Shown here one piece after another: positions 40,061 through 49,555 of a stretch of 64,000 nucleotides of DNA. Both the position numbers and the translations under genes were made by a program. Below the pieces are notes generated by a model that worked only from the letters and a program-made list of their open reading frames with translations, was not told the DNA's origin and searched no databases. Where the stretch lies: assembly GCA_963749075.1 (NCBI GenBank), contig CAVVLJ010000017.1, positions 768,001-832,000 on the forward strand. The letters are read 5' to 3'. The stretch's first letter is position 1; the number at the start of each line of letters is the position of its first letter. Source of the stretch: an uncultured Pseudomonadota bacterium (GTDB lineage Bacteria > Pseudomonadota > Alphaproteobacteria > JACZXZ01).

Positions 40061-42073
40061 CTACTCGGCGGGCGTCCTCGCCACGCGGAAACCGATATGG
40101 TGGTTGCGGTTTCCGGAGTGGTTCCTATCGCGGAACGCCGCGCGCATGGGCCACGGATAGTAGAGCCAGGAACCGCCGCGCAGCCCGTGACGACCGCAGT
40201 CGCTCCCCGACACCAGCGTGACCGAGGCATCCTTGGGGGCGTTGGTGTAGTCGTCCGCCCAGCAATCCTCCACCCATTGCCACGCATCCCCAAGCATGTC
40301 GTAGAGCCCGAAGGGATTCGGCGCGAAGCTGCCGACCGGACTCGTGAACACATAGCCGTCGCTGCAGTCGGCGGTCGTAAGGTTGGGGAATTTCTGCTTG
40401 GTCGTCAGATTCATGCCATGCGCGTATTTGCACTGATCGGCCGTGCCGTCGCCCCACCACCGCGCCGTCGACGTACCGCCTCGCGCGGCATACTCCCACT
40501 CTGCCTCGGTCAACAGGCGATAGGCTTTGCCCGTCTTGCGCGCGAGCCATTGGACATAGGCCTTGGCGTCGTCCCAATTGACGCACACCACCGGATCGCG
40601 GTCGGTCTGCGCAAACCCCGGGTCGCGCCATGACTTCGTGCCGTTCCATTCGAACCTGCTGCCGGTCCATTCATAACATCCGGCGCCGGCCGAGTAGCCG
40701 CTCGCCTCGACGAAGCGCGCGAATTCGCTGCGCGTCACATGAAACTTGCCGACTGCCAGCGGCCGACCGACCCGCACCTCGTGCATCGGCCGTTCGCGTT
40801 TCGCAAACTCATCCGGCACGCGCTCGCGACCGGTCTCCGCCGGGCTCGACCCCATCGTGAACGTACCCGCCGGGATCACCACCATCTCCGGGCAGTCGGC
40901 GCAGTCGCGGAAGCTCTGCCCGACCGCCACAGGATAGCCGCCGGCACTCGCTGCCGGCGGTTGCACGGCCGCTGCGGGTGGTGCGACCAGCGCCTGTTGG
41001 CCAGGTGCTGGTGCCGCCGAGGGCTGGGGCGCCTCCGGGTTCGGTTGCAGGGCGGCCTTCTGGGCGCGCGTCAGCTTTTCGATCATGATCTTGGCGACGG
41101 CCGCGAAGGTGCCGTGCGGGAACTGGTCGAGATAGGCCTGTAGCAAGGCCGGGTCGCCGCTATCCTTGACGCTGGTCCAGAACAGGCTGTCGCGATCGCT
41201 GGGCGTACCGGCGTCGGATGGCGTCTTGATCGTCACGCTCGAGCCTGGCGGCACGAAGAAGAACTGGCCGTGGATAGGGCTGATGCCGAGCCAGGGCTGT
41301 TGCTCGCCCTTGGTCTTGGTATCGACTTCGCTCGCCACCCAACTGAAGACCCCAAGCACATCGAGGCCCGGCCGCTGCACCGCCTCGATGAAGGCGGCGG
41401 TGTAGGGGCTGTGGGCGCCGGCCGCTCCGTCGCCCGCCACCTTGCCGGGTGCAGTCGCATAGCTGATGATGGTCCCCGAGGGCCTGTCGCTGATTTCGGC
41501 AAGGCCCGTGCCCACCGCTCGCAAGCCACGGCCGCCGAAGGGATTGTTGCGACAGGCGTCGAGCACGATCATGCTCAGGCGGTTGCCGGCGTTTCTGATC
41601 TGCCCGAGCAGGAGGTCCACGTCGATCAGCTCGAGCGGCACGTCGCCAGTCTCCCTGGGATCACCGTCGATCGGGATGAGATAGTTGTGGCCTCCGACTT
41701 CGACGCCATGGCCGGAATAATAGAAAAGGCCGACCGCGCCGCTCTCCAAGCTGCGCCCGAAGTCGCGGATCGCCCGCTCCATGCCGCGCTTGTCGAGATC
41801 GAGCTGCGCGCGCCCGCCGACCAGCTCGAACCCGGCCTTGCGCAGGGCGGCGGCGACGCCCTCGGCATCACGCGTCGGATTGTCCAGCCGTGCTACCGCG
41901 CGATAGGCGCCGTTGCCTATCACGAGCGCCACGCGGCGTTCGGCATCCGTCGCCGCCGGGGCGGCCGCGGGAGACGGGGCAATGGCCGCGTCAAGACCGA
42001 GCGCGAGCCAAGCCGCCGCGAGGAAAAGGAAGGCCGCGCGCCTCAGGGAACCATTGCGCAGCGAGACAGCCAT
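40061..42073 (-). CDS. Caspase-like peptidase C14 + FGE-sulfatase (CLec-fold) protein with signal peptide
   Basis: RVALVIGNGAY, YYSGHG and LDACRNNPF dyad; CPEMVVIPAGTFTMGS, RLLTEAEWEYAARG, RGGSW, GFRVAR. Confidence 0.93.
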   Translation of the reverse strand: MAVSLRNGSLRRAAFLFLAAAWLALGLDAAIAPSPAAAPAATDAERRVALVIGNGAYRAVARLDNPTRDAEGVAAALRKAGFELVGGRAQLDLDKRGMERAIRDFGRSLESGAVGLFYYSGHGVEVGGHNYLIPIDGDPRETGDVPLELIDVDLLLGQIRNAGNRLSMIVLDACRNNPFGGRGLRAVGTGLAEISDRPSGTIISYATAPGKVAGDGAAGAHSPYTAAFIEAVQRPGLDVLGVFSWVASEVDTKTKGEQQPWLGISPIHGQFFFVPPGSSVTIKTPSDAGTPSDRDSLFWTSVKDSGDPALLQAYLDQFPHGTFAAVAKIMIEKLTRAQKAALQPNPEAPQPSAAPAPGQQALVAPPAAAVQPPAASAGGYPVAVGQSFRDCADCPEMVVIPAGTFTMGSSPAETGRERVPDEFAKRERPMHEVRVGRPLAVGKFHVTRSEFARFVEASGYSAGAGCYEWTGSRFEWNGTKSWRDPGFAQTDRDPVVCVNWDDAKAYVQWLARKTGKAYRLLTEAEWEYAARGGTSTARWWGDGTADQCKYAHGMNLTTKQKFPNLTTADCSDGYVFTSPVGSFAPNPFGLYDMLGDAWQWVEDCWADDYTNAPKDASVTLVSGSDCGRHGLRGGSWLYYPWPMRAAFRDRNHSGNRNHHIGFRVARTPAE

Positions 42074-42464
42074 GGGGCTCTCCCCGCGAATTTGAGGAGA
42101 TTTTGCCATAGCCGCTCGCCTGCCGCCATGCCGCGATCATGCGCCGTTATCGCAGGCTCCGGCCACTCGCAAGCCACAGGCAGGGGTCGTGCCCTCCGCA
42201 ATATCACGCCGCGGCGAGCCCACCCCCCCCCAAAAATGCATGCGGGTCCTCCTGGGTCGCGTGGCATCATATTCCGCGCGGCCGGTGAGCAGCTCCGCAA
42301 AGACGGGGTAGTCGTCAGCCTGGGCAGAGCCGTACGCACCAAGTCCGTGCCATGTTGAGCGTAGCAACTTGCGCTTTCGCCGCGGCCAATCGTCTCGACT
42401 CATGGCCCTATCTCCGCACCACCCTTAGGGAGTTAGGGGGAGAGCCCATCGGCAATTCGGCGCA

Positions 42465-43532
42465 CTATCCCCGCGCCCGCCTGCGGTATTCGAGGACGTT
42501 GCGATAGCCCGCCCGCGCCGCGACGCCGCCGCGCGGCACGCCCGCTTCGGTCGCGCCCCAGAGCGCCTCGTAGCCCGGCGGGAGCGCGCGGCTCCCCGGA
42601 ACCGCGAGCCACAGGCGGAGGAGAAGGCGCCGGCGCTCGGGCTCGGCATGGTCCTCGTAGGCGGTGCGCGAGTGGTAGATCACGTGGTTGTTGAGGAGCT
42701 GGATGTCGCCCGGCTCGAACGCCATGTCGAGTGCCAGCTCGTCGGCCAGGGCGGCAAGGAGATCGAGCGCCTCGCTCTGCGCCGCCGAGAGGCGAGGCAC
42801 CTCGGGGAAGCGCTGCGCCGATTCGATGTAGGAGCGCGAGTACTGGCTGGTGAAGCGGCCCGCGCGCGCGCCGAACACCGGGTTGACGTAATAGGGCAGC
42901 TCGCCCGGGTCCTCCTCGCCCTGCCGGCTGTGATGGAAGTCGCTCGAGAGGACCTCGAGAAGGTCGGGCCGCCGGCGCAGGATCTCGTTGCGGATGGCGA
43001 CCGAGCTCGCGATGCGGCTCAAGCCGCCCGCCTTGGCCTTGCGCGCGGCGAGGAGCGCCACCACGTCGCAGCGGTCGGTGTGGAAGCGGAGATGCTCGCG
43101 GCTGCGGTAGCCGCGCGAGGTGGGCTCCCCGAGCCGCACGCCCACGTCCTTCACCTCGCCCAAGAGCTCGCCCTCCTTGCTCTGGGAGAGGGCGGTGCCG
43201 AGGTGCGTGCCGATGCCCCAGAAGATGACGCGGAGCTCGTCGAGGGCATAGCGCTCGACGGGCAACCCGCGCAGCAGCACGAAGCCGCGCCCCTCCTCGA
43301 GCTCGGCCCTGATGCCGGCGAGCCTCGGGCCGAGCGCCGGCAGCGGGAAATCGGCGCGCGCGATCGCGAGGAGCGGCAGTGCGCGGGCGGCCGTGGCGCG
43401 CAAGGCGGCGTCGAGCTCGGCGATCTCAGACGGCGTGAAGCCGCGCAGCCAGTCCGTTCGCCCTGCGAGATCGCGGCCCTGCCAGGCGGAGGGGCCCGCG
43501 ACGGGTACCGCCACGGCAGCGTCCGGCGCCAC
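42465..43532 (-). CDS. TauD/TfdA-family dioxygenase
   Basis: GRGFVLLRGLP, FHTD, PGDIQLLNN..IYHSR, RLLLRLWL. Confidence 0.9.
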   Translation of the reverse strand: MAPDAAVAVPVAGPSAWQGRDLAGRTDWLRGFTPSEIAELDAALRATAARALPLLAIARADFPLPALGPRLAGIRAELEEGRGFVLLRGLPVERYALDELRVIFWGIGTHLGTALSQSKEGELLGEVKDVGVRLGEPTSRGYRSREHLRFHTDRCDVVALLAARKAKAGGLSRIASSVAIRNEILRRRPDLLEVLSSDFHHSRQGEEDPGELPYYVNPVFGARAGRFTSQYSRSYIESAQRFPEVPRLSAAQSEALDLLAALADELALDMAFEPGDIQLLNNHVIYHSRTAYEDHAEPERRRLLLRLWLAVPGSRALPPGYEALWGATEAGVPRGGVAARAGYRNVLEYRRRARG

Positions 43533-43533
43533 C

Positions 43534-43938
43534 TTACTTCCGTCCCGAGGTGCCGACCCAGCCGGTCCTCGAGATGTCGAAGATGATGCCGTCGGGGTCC
43601 TTGAACTTGCGCTCGAAGTTGCCGTGACGCTCGTTCCCGAGATCGAAGAAGAAGCTGCCGCCCGAGGCCTCGATCGCCTTGCCGGCCGCCTCGAGATCGT
43701 CGACCTGGAAGCCGAAGTGATGGGTGCCGACGAAGCTCTCGGCGTCCTCGAGCCCGGAGCCGCGCTCGCCCTTGTACTTGAGCAGCGCCAGGTTGATCTC
43801 GCCGTCGCTGAGATAGACGCCGGTCGCGAGATCGCCGTCGGCTTGGCCGACGCGCTTCATGCCGAACGCCCGCTCGTAAAAGGCCGCCGACTTTTCCGGG
43901 TCCTTGACGACGACCGCGATATGCCGAAGCCGAGCCAT
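43534..43938 (-). CDS. VOC/glyoxalase-family protein
   Basis: RLRHIA, FYERAFG, HHFGFQVDD, FKDPDG. Confidence 0.9.
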   Translation of the reverse strand: MARLRHIAVVVKDPEKSAAFYERAFGMKRVGQADGDLATGVYLSDGEINLALLKYKGERGSGLEDAESFVGTHHFGFQVDDLEAAGKAIEASGGSFFFDLGNERHGNFERKFKDPDGIIFDISRTGWVGTSGRK

Positions 43939-44069
43939 AACGATGCCTCCTGCCGTGAGAGCCGGCCGCCGCCCCGGATGCCCCGAGGGCGGCGGCGCCG
44001 CTCGCGCGATCATAGAGGCCGGCGCGGGGCTTGGAAATACGCGAGGCGGGCAAGCCCGTGCCGGCGCGC

Positions 44070-44827
44070 GGTGCCGCCGGTGCGGGCTCTGCCAATGCCA
44101 GGCCGCGCCAGCCGCCCGGCCAGAGAATCGCGAAGGAGAGCGTCGCGGTCGCGATCCCCTCGCCCGTGACGGCGATGCTGAGGCGGTAGGTGCCAAGTGC
44201 CGCGAAGAGGCCGCGATAGCGCGGCGGCACCTCGGCGCGGAAGAGGGCGAGGGCGTTGGCAGCACCGTCGGCGATGAGAAGATTGAGGTAGTGCGGCACG
44301 CGGCCGGGGAGGTCGATCGCGTCCCTGCCCTCGTGCATCGACCACTCCAGCGCCAGGCTGTCGCCGTAGTCGAGCGCCTCGCCGCCCTCGCCGCCCTCGC
44401 GCGCCACGTCGACGAGATAGGCGCGGCATCCCTTGAGCGGGATGGCGGAGCGGTTCATCACCTGCACGCGCAGCAGCTTGGCCTCGCCGCCGCCGCCGGG
44501 CGCGTGGCGCGTCAGCATGAGGCAGCGCTCGCGCGGCTCGAAGCCGAAGGCGAGCTGCGGCGCCAGGCGGCGGTCGAGGGCCATGATCTCGCGATAGAAG
44601 GCTACGCCGATCAGGATGGCGATGGGGAGGAGCGCCCATACCGGCGAGAGGCTGTCGATCTCCTTGAGGAGGCGGTGGCCCTCGTAGGGCCGGATCGCGT
44701 CGATCGCGCGCAGGAGCTCGCGCTTGTGGAGGAGTGCCGCCGAGGCGAAGTAATAGCCCAGCGACCAGAAGCGGCCGCCGTTGTTCCACAGGATCGAGAC
44801 CACGCGCCGGAGATGCGCCCACACCAT
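44070..44827 (-). CDS. Hypothetical membrane-anchored protein; natural stop apparently missing (3' end approximate)
   Basis: N-terminal TM segments and a beta-rich domain up to about LWPGGW; the frame then reads through the promoter-like region and VOC gene as a shadow. Confidence 0.55.
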
Positions 44828-44834
44828 GGCCGCA

Positions 44835-45749
44835 TCATAGCGGCCCTGCCCTCGCGGGGGCTCCCGCGGACGTGCCGGAGGGTCGCTTCCGCCGAGGGCC
44901 GCCCGCCGAGCGCAAGAGCGTCCCGCGCAGCAGGCTCGCCGCGAGCACGAGGAGGCAGCAGAGGAGAACCGCGAGGCCCGGCCGCACGCCGATCGCGAGC
45001 GAGAAGTTGGCCTCGAGCACCCGCGCCGGCGGGGCGCCGAACTTCAGCCAGAAATAGAGCGCCTCGCCGAGTGCCGTCAGCACGGCGGCCGCCGCGGCTA
45101 GCCCGGCAAGGACGAGCTGGCGCAGCGCCCACCGCGTCTCCTTTGCCGGAGCGAGAAGGCGGTAGCCCATGAGCCAGACATAGAGGCCGCCCATCACCAT
45201 GGGCTCGCTCACCTCCGCCTTGGACTGGATGAAATAATGCACGACCGCAAGGACGGCGATGCCGTAGACGAGGCGGTGGAGCTTCTGCCAGCGCTTGCCG
45301 CCGAGCCGCCGGGTCATGGCATCCGTCGAGGTCGCGGCGAGTGACGCGAGGCCGAGGAGGGCCACGAAGCCGATGGTGAGGTAGAAGCGCAGCACGATCT
45401 CGCTTGCCACCTTGAGGAGGTCGAAGTTCTCGTCCACCACGTAGAGCGTGAGATGGCTCACCCCGTAGGCGAAGGCCGCGACGCCGATCATGCGGCGCAC
45501 GATGACGAGCCGCGGCCAGTCGAGAATCTGGCGGAGCGGCGTTACGGAGAGCGAGATGAAGAGGAAGCGGATCATCCACAGGCCGACCTCGTGGATCGCC
45601 TCGTTGAGCGGCCGCGCCCCGAGGGTGCCGAGCGCCAGGGAGAGCGCCGTATTGAGGCCGGGCATGAAGAGGCAGACGAAGACGACGAGCTTGAGCGGCG
45701 AGAGTTGGCCGCTGCGGTCGAGCCAGGGAAGCTTGCGCGCGTTCTTCAT
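44835..45749 (-). CDS. msrQ: MsrQ/YedZ-like heme-binding membrane subunit
   Basis: SLSVTPLR, RRMIGV, H...Y, LAATS, WQKLHRLVY, HY. Confidence 0.85.
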   Translation of the reverse strand: MKNARKLPWLDRSGQLSPLKLVVFVCLFMPGLNTALSLALGTLGARPLNEAIHEVGLWMIRFLFISLSVTPLRQILDWPRLVIVRRMIGVAAFAYGVSHLTLYVVDENFDLLKVASEIVLRFYLTIGFVALLGLASLAATSTDAMTRRLGGKRWQKLHRLVYGIAVLAVVHYFIQSKAEVSEPMVMGGLYVWLMGYRLLAPAKETRWALRQLVLAGLAAAAAVLTALGEALYFWLKFGAPPARVLEANFSLAIGVRPGLAVLLCCLLVLAASLLRGTLLRSAGGPRRKRPSGTSAGAPARAGPL

Positions 45750-45816
45750 GGCTCCCGTTCTAACGGTGCCCGCCGGGAAGGTCCATCACGACCCGATCAC
45801 AATCGGGCGAGGGATC

Positions 45817-45953
45817 CCTCCTCTCCTCCTTCAGGAGGAGAGGAAGGGGCCCATCGCGAAGCGATGGGAAGGTGAGGAGGCTTCGGCGGCAACGACATGT
45901 CCAGCAGGATCACCTCCTCACCCCGACCCTCTCCTCCTAAAGGAGGAGAGGGA
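45817..45953. repeat. Related palindromic repeat element with nested hairpins
   Basis: CTCTCCTCCT-TC-AGGAGGAGAG, CCCATCGC-GAA-GCGATGGG, CCTCCTCACC, CCCTCTCCTCCT-AA-AGGAGGAGAGGG. Confidence 0.75.
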
Positions 45954-45971
45954 GAACGGCGATGCTGCCGC

Positions 45972-46688
45972 TCACTCCGCCTTGCGGCCGTAGGAGATGA
46001 TGGAGAGGAAGAGGATCGGCAGCTTCACCAATTCCTCCGGCCCGTGCGGCGCGTCGGCGCTGAAGAAGAGGGAGTTGCCCGGGCGCAAAAGGTAGAGCTT
46101 GTCGGCGTGCCGGTAGGCGACCTCGCCCTCGAGCATGTAGAGGAACTCCATGCCGTCGTGCTGGAAGAGCGGAAAGACCTCCGACTCCTCGTTGAGCGTG
46201 ATGAGATAGGGCTCGACGACGACCGAGCTGTGATGGGCGACCGTGTGGCCGAGGAGCTTGTATTGATGGCCGGCGCGCGTGCCGCGCCGCTGGATCGTGA
46301 GCCCCTCGCCGGCGCGCACGTAGATGGCGTCGCGCTGCTCCTCGAACTTGCGGAAGAGGGCGGTCACCGGAACGTTGAGCGCGCGGGCCAGCGCGTGGAG
46401 CGTCGAGAGCGAGGGCGAGCTCATGCCGTTCTCGATCTTCGACAGCATGCCGGAGGAGAAATTCGCCAGCTTGGCGAGCTGGGTCACGGTCATGTCGAGC
46501 TTTCTGCGGTACTCCTTGACCTGCGCGCCGATGGAGACCTCGAGATTGTTCTCCCTGGCGCCGGCGTGGGCGTCCTGGCCGGCCGTAGCGGGCGGGCGCA
46601 GCGCGCGCGGGGTGCGCTTAGGCTGCGGTGCGGCCTCGTGGCGCCGCTGGCGCGGCGCGCTTCGTCTTTTGCTCGGCGTTGCGCTCAA
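45972..46688 (-). CDS. XRE-family HTH + cupin transcriptional regulator
   Basis: LSKIENGMSSPSL HTH, RGTRAGHQY, HDGMEF, PHGP; TTG start is tentative. Confidence 0.88.
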   Translation of the reverse strand: MSATPSKRRSAPRQRRHEAAPQPKRTPRALRPPATAGQDAHAGARENNLEVSIGAQVKEYRRKLDMTVTQLAKLANFSSGMLSKIENGMSSPSLSTLHALARALNVPVTALFRKFEEQRDAIYVRAGEGLTIQRRGTRAGHQYKLLGHTVAHHSSVVVEPYLITLNEESEVFPLFQHDGMEFLYMLEGEVAYRHADKLYLLRPGNSLFFSADAPHGPEELVKLPILFLSIISYGRKAE

Positions 46689-46717
46689 GATGTCCTCTTT
46701 GCCGCCTCGGAGCACGC

Positions 46718-48025
46718 TCAGCAATCGAGCGTGCGCTCGCGCTCCCAGGCGCTGATGTGCGAGGCGTAGCTCTGCCATTCCATGTGCTTCAGCTTGGCGT
46801 AGCTGTCAACGAAACTCTTGCCCAGGCCCTGGACCACCACCTCGCTCTTCTCGAAGAGGCGGATGGCGTCGAGCAGGTTGAGCGGCAGCTTGCGCACGCC
46901 GCGCACCCGCTCGCCCTCGGTATACATGTTGACGTCGAGGCGCTTGCCGGGATCGCGCTTGTTGACGATGCCGTCGAGCCCGGCCATGAGCACGCCCGCC
47001 TGCAGGAGATAGGGGTTGGCGGAGCCATCCATGAGGCGGAGCTCGAAGCGGTCGACATCTGGGATGCGCACCATGTGGGTGCGGTTGTTCCCCGAATAGG
47101 TGATGGCGTTGGGCGCCCAGGTGGCGCCCGAGAGGGTGACGGGCGCGTTGATGCGCTTGTAGCTGTTGACGGTCGGGTTGAAGAGGGCGGCGAGGGCGTC
47201 GGCGGAATGGAGGACGCCGCCGAGGAAGCGGTAGGCGAGTGCCGAGAGGCCGAGCTCGCCCTTGGGATCGTGGAAGAGGTTCTTCTTCCCCTTGGCGTCC
47301 CACAGGGAGACGTGGCAGTGGCAGCCGCTGCCGGTCAAGGTCGGGAAGGGCTTCGGCATGAAGGTGGCGCGGAGGCCGTGCTTCTCGGCGATGGCCTTCA
47401 CCATGTATTTGAAGAAGGCATGGCGGTCGGCGGTGACCAGGCAGTCGTCGTAGCGCCAGTTCATCTCGAACTGGCCGTTGGCGTCCTCATGGTCGTTCTG
47501 GTAGGCGCCCCAGCCGAGCTCGAGCATGGCGTCGCAGATCTCGCGGATCACCTCGTAGCGCCGCATGAGCGCCGACTGGTCGTAGCAGGGCTTTACTTGC
47601 ACATCACGCTCGTCGGAGATGCCGCCGCCGTCGGCGGCCAGGAGGAAATACTCGCACTCGACGCCGGTCTTCATGCGGTAGCCGAGCTTCTCGGCGACGG
47701 CGATCTGGCGCTTGAGCGCCGCCCGCGGCGAGGCCTCGACCTCCTTCCCCGCCATGCGCAGATCGGCGGCGAGCCAGGCCACCTCGGGCTTCCACGGCAG
47801 GACCATGAGGCTCGCGGGATCGGGCACCGCGAACATGTCCGGGTTGGCCGGCGTCATGTCGAGCCAGGTGGCGAAGCCGGCGAAGCCGGCGCCGTTCTTC
47901 TGCATCTCCGCGATCGCCGCCGCGGGCACCAGCTTGGCGCGCAAGACCCCGAAGAGATCGACGTAGCTGATGAGGAAATACTTGATCTTCTTCGCTCTCG
48001 CGACGTCCTCCAGGTTCTCCGACAT
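46718..48025 (-). CDS. glnT: Type III glutamate--ammonia ligase / gamma-glutamylmethylamide synthetase (GmaS)
   Basis: GAGFAGFATW, KPCYDQSALMR, YQNDHEDANGQFEMN, NNRTHM; adjacent to mgsABC. Confidence 0.93.
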   Translation of the reverse strand: MSENLEDVARAKKIKYFLISYVDLFGVLRAKLVPAAAIAEMQKNGAGFAGFATWLDMTPANPDMFAVPDPASLMVLPWKPEVAWLAADLRMAGKEVEASPRAALKRQIAVAEKLGYRMKTGVECEYFLLAADGGGISDERDVQVKPCYDQSALMRRYEVIREICDAMLELGWGAYQNDHEDANGQFEMNWRYDDCLVTADRHAFFKYMVKAIAEKHGLRATFMPKPFPTLTGSGCHCHVSLWDAKGKKNLFHDPKGELGLSALAYRFLGGVLHSADALAALFNPTVNSYKRINAPVTLSGATWAPNAITYSGNNRTHMVRIPDVDRFELRLMDGSANPYLLQAGVLMAGLDGIVNKRDPGKRLDVNMYTEGERVRGVRKLPLNLLDAIRLFEKSEVVVQGLGKSFVDSYAKLKHMEWQSYASHISAWERERTLDC

Positions 48026-48092
48026 GTGCCCTCCTCGTTTCCCTGGCCTCGCCAGGGCGGCGCCAGTATCTCGACTCGTGGGCGCTTGATGC

Positions 48093-48191
48093 ACCCCCCG
48101 CCCTGCCCTCCCCCTCAAGGGGGGAGGGAAATCGTGAGCGGCGCTGCTAACTTCCCCCTCCCCCTTGAAGGGGGAGGGTCGGGGTGGGGGT
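48093..48191. repeat. REP-doublet/REPIN-like palindromic element, copy 3 (between mgsC and gmaS)
   Basis: Same arms as 13502 and 16192 with a different spacer. Confidence 0.85.
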
Positions 48192-48217
48192 GACGCTCTA
48201 ATTTGCGAGAGTTGCCC

Positions 48218-49555
48218 CTAGCTCCGCCCCGGTATCCAGTCCGTGCCGGCGAGCGGCACGCCGGCCATGGCGGCCGCCTCGATGGTCAGCGCCACGAGGT
48301 CCTGCGGCTCGAGGTTGTGCAGGTGGGATTTGCCGCAGGCGCGCGCGAGCGTCTGGGCCTCGAGCACCATCGTCGTGAGATAATTGTAAAGCCGCCGCGC
48401 CGCAAGCGCCGGATCGAGCCGCGACTCGAGGGCGGCATCCTGGGTGGCGATGCCCACGGGGCAGCGCCCGGTCTGGCAGTGATGGCAGTATCCCGCCGCC
48501 GTCCCGAGCGCCGCATAGTCCTCGGCGAAGAGTGGCGCGTTGCAGTTGAGGGCGATGAGGGCGGCGGAGCCGATGGAGACCGCGTCGGCGCCGAGCGCCA
48601 GCGCCTTCGCCACGTCGGCCCCGCTGCGGATGCCGCCCGAGACGATGAGCTGCACCGTCCTCTGCATGTCGAGCTCCCGGAGCGCCTCGGCCGCCTGGCG
48701 CACCGCCGGGAGGGTCGGGATGCCGACATGCTCGATGAAGACGTCCTGGGTCGCCCCGGTGCCGCCCTGCATGCCGTCGACCACGACCACGTCGGCGCCG
48801 GCCTTGACGGCGAGCGCCACGTCGTACTTCACGCGGGTGGCGCCCACCTTGACGTAGATCGGCTTCTCCCAATCGGTGATCTCGCGCAGCTCCTGGATCT
48901 TGACCTCGAGATCGTCGGGACCGGTCCAGTCGGGATGCCGCGAGGCGCTGCGCTGATCGATGCCGACCGGAAGCGTGCGCATGGCGGCGACGCGCTCGGT
49001 GACCTTGAGGCCGAGCAGCATGCCCCCGCCGCCCGGCTTCGCCCCCTGCCCCACCACCACCTCGATGGCGTCCGAGCGCCTGAGGTCGTCCGGGTTGAGG
49101 CCGTAGCGCGACGGCAGCACCTGGTAGACGAGCGTCTTGGAGGCCGCGCGCTCCTCCTCGGACATGCCGCCGTCGCCGGTCGTGGTGCTGGTGCCGATCT
49201 CGCTCGCGGCGCGCCCGAGCGCCTTCTTGGCGTTGGCGCTCAAGGAGCCGAAGCTCATGCCGGCGATGGTGACGGGTATCTTGAGCGCGATCGGCTTCTT
49301 CGCGAAGCGGGTGCCGAGCGTCACGTCGGTCGCGCACTTCTCCCGGTAGCCCTCGAGCGGATAGCGCGAGATCGAGGCGCCGAGGAAGAGCAGGTCGTCG
49401 AAGCTCGGCAGCCGCCGCTTGGCGCCCATGCCGCGGATCTCGTAGAGGCCCTCGCGCGCCGCGCGCTGGATCTCGGCGATCACCGCGGGCGGGAAGGTGG
49501 CATGCTCCCTGAGGCCGGCTGGTGCTGCTTGGCCCTCCTCAATACTGCGCGGCAT
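48218..49555 (-). CDS. mgsC: N-methylglutamate synthase FMN-binding subunit (GlxD/MgsC)
   Basis: SRYPLEGYREKC, GQGAKPGGGGMLLG, RHPDWTGPDDL, CHHCQTGRC. Confidence 0.9.
   Translation of the reverse strand: MPRSIEEGQAAPAGLREHATFPPAVIAEIQRAAREGLYEIRGMGAKRRLPSFDDLLFLGASISRYPLEGYREKCATDVTLGTRFAKKPIALKIPVTIAGMSFGSLSANAKKALGRAASEIGTSTTTGDGGMSEEERAASKTLVYQVLPSRYGLNPDDLRRSDAIEVVVGQGAKPGGGGMLLGLKVTERVAAMRTLPVGIDQRSASRHPDWTGPDDLEVKIQELREITDWEKPIYVKVGATRVKYDVALAVKAGADVVVVDGMQGGTGATQDVFIEHVGIPTLPAVRQAAEALRELDMQRTVQLIVSGGIRSGADVAKALALGADAVSIGSAALIALNCNAPLFAEDYAALGTAAGYCHHCQTGRCPVGIATQDAALESRLDPALAARRLYNYLTTMVLEAQTLARACGKSHLHNLEPQDLVALTIEAAAMAGVPLAGTDWIPGRS

Noticed and set aside
42137-42403. 88-aa minus-strand ORF upstream of the caspase gene
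   Set aside because: No recognisable motif; possibly a remnant but not supportable
39802-42460. Complete DGR cassette around the caspase-FGE gene
   Set aside because: No AAC-rich template repeat, RT or Avd gene found in this window
43151-44827. 558-aa ORF as a single gene
   Set aside because: The C-terminal half overlaps the VOC and TauD genes out of frame; only about the first 250 aa look coding
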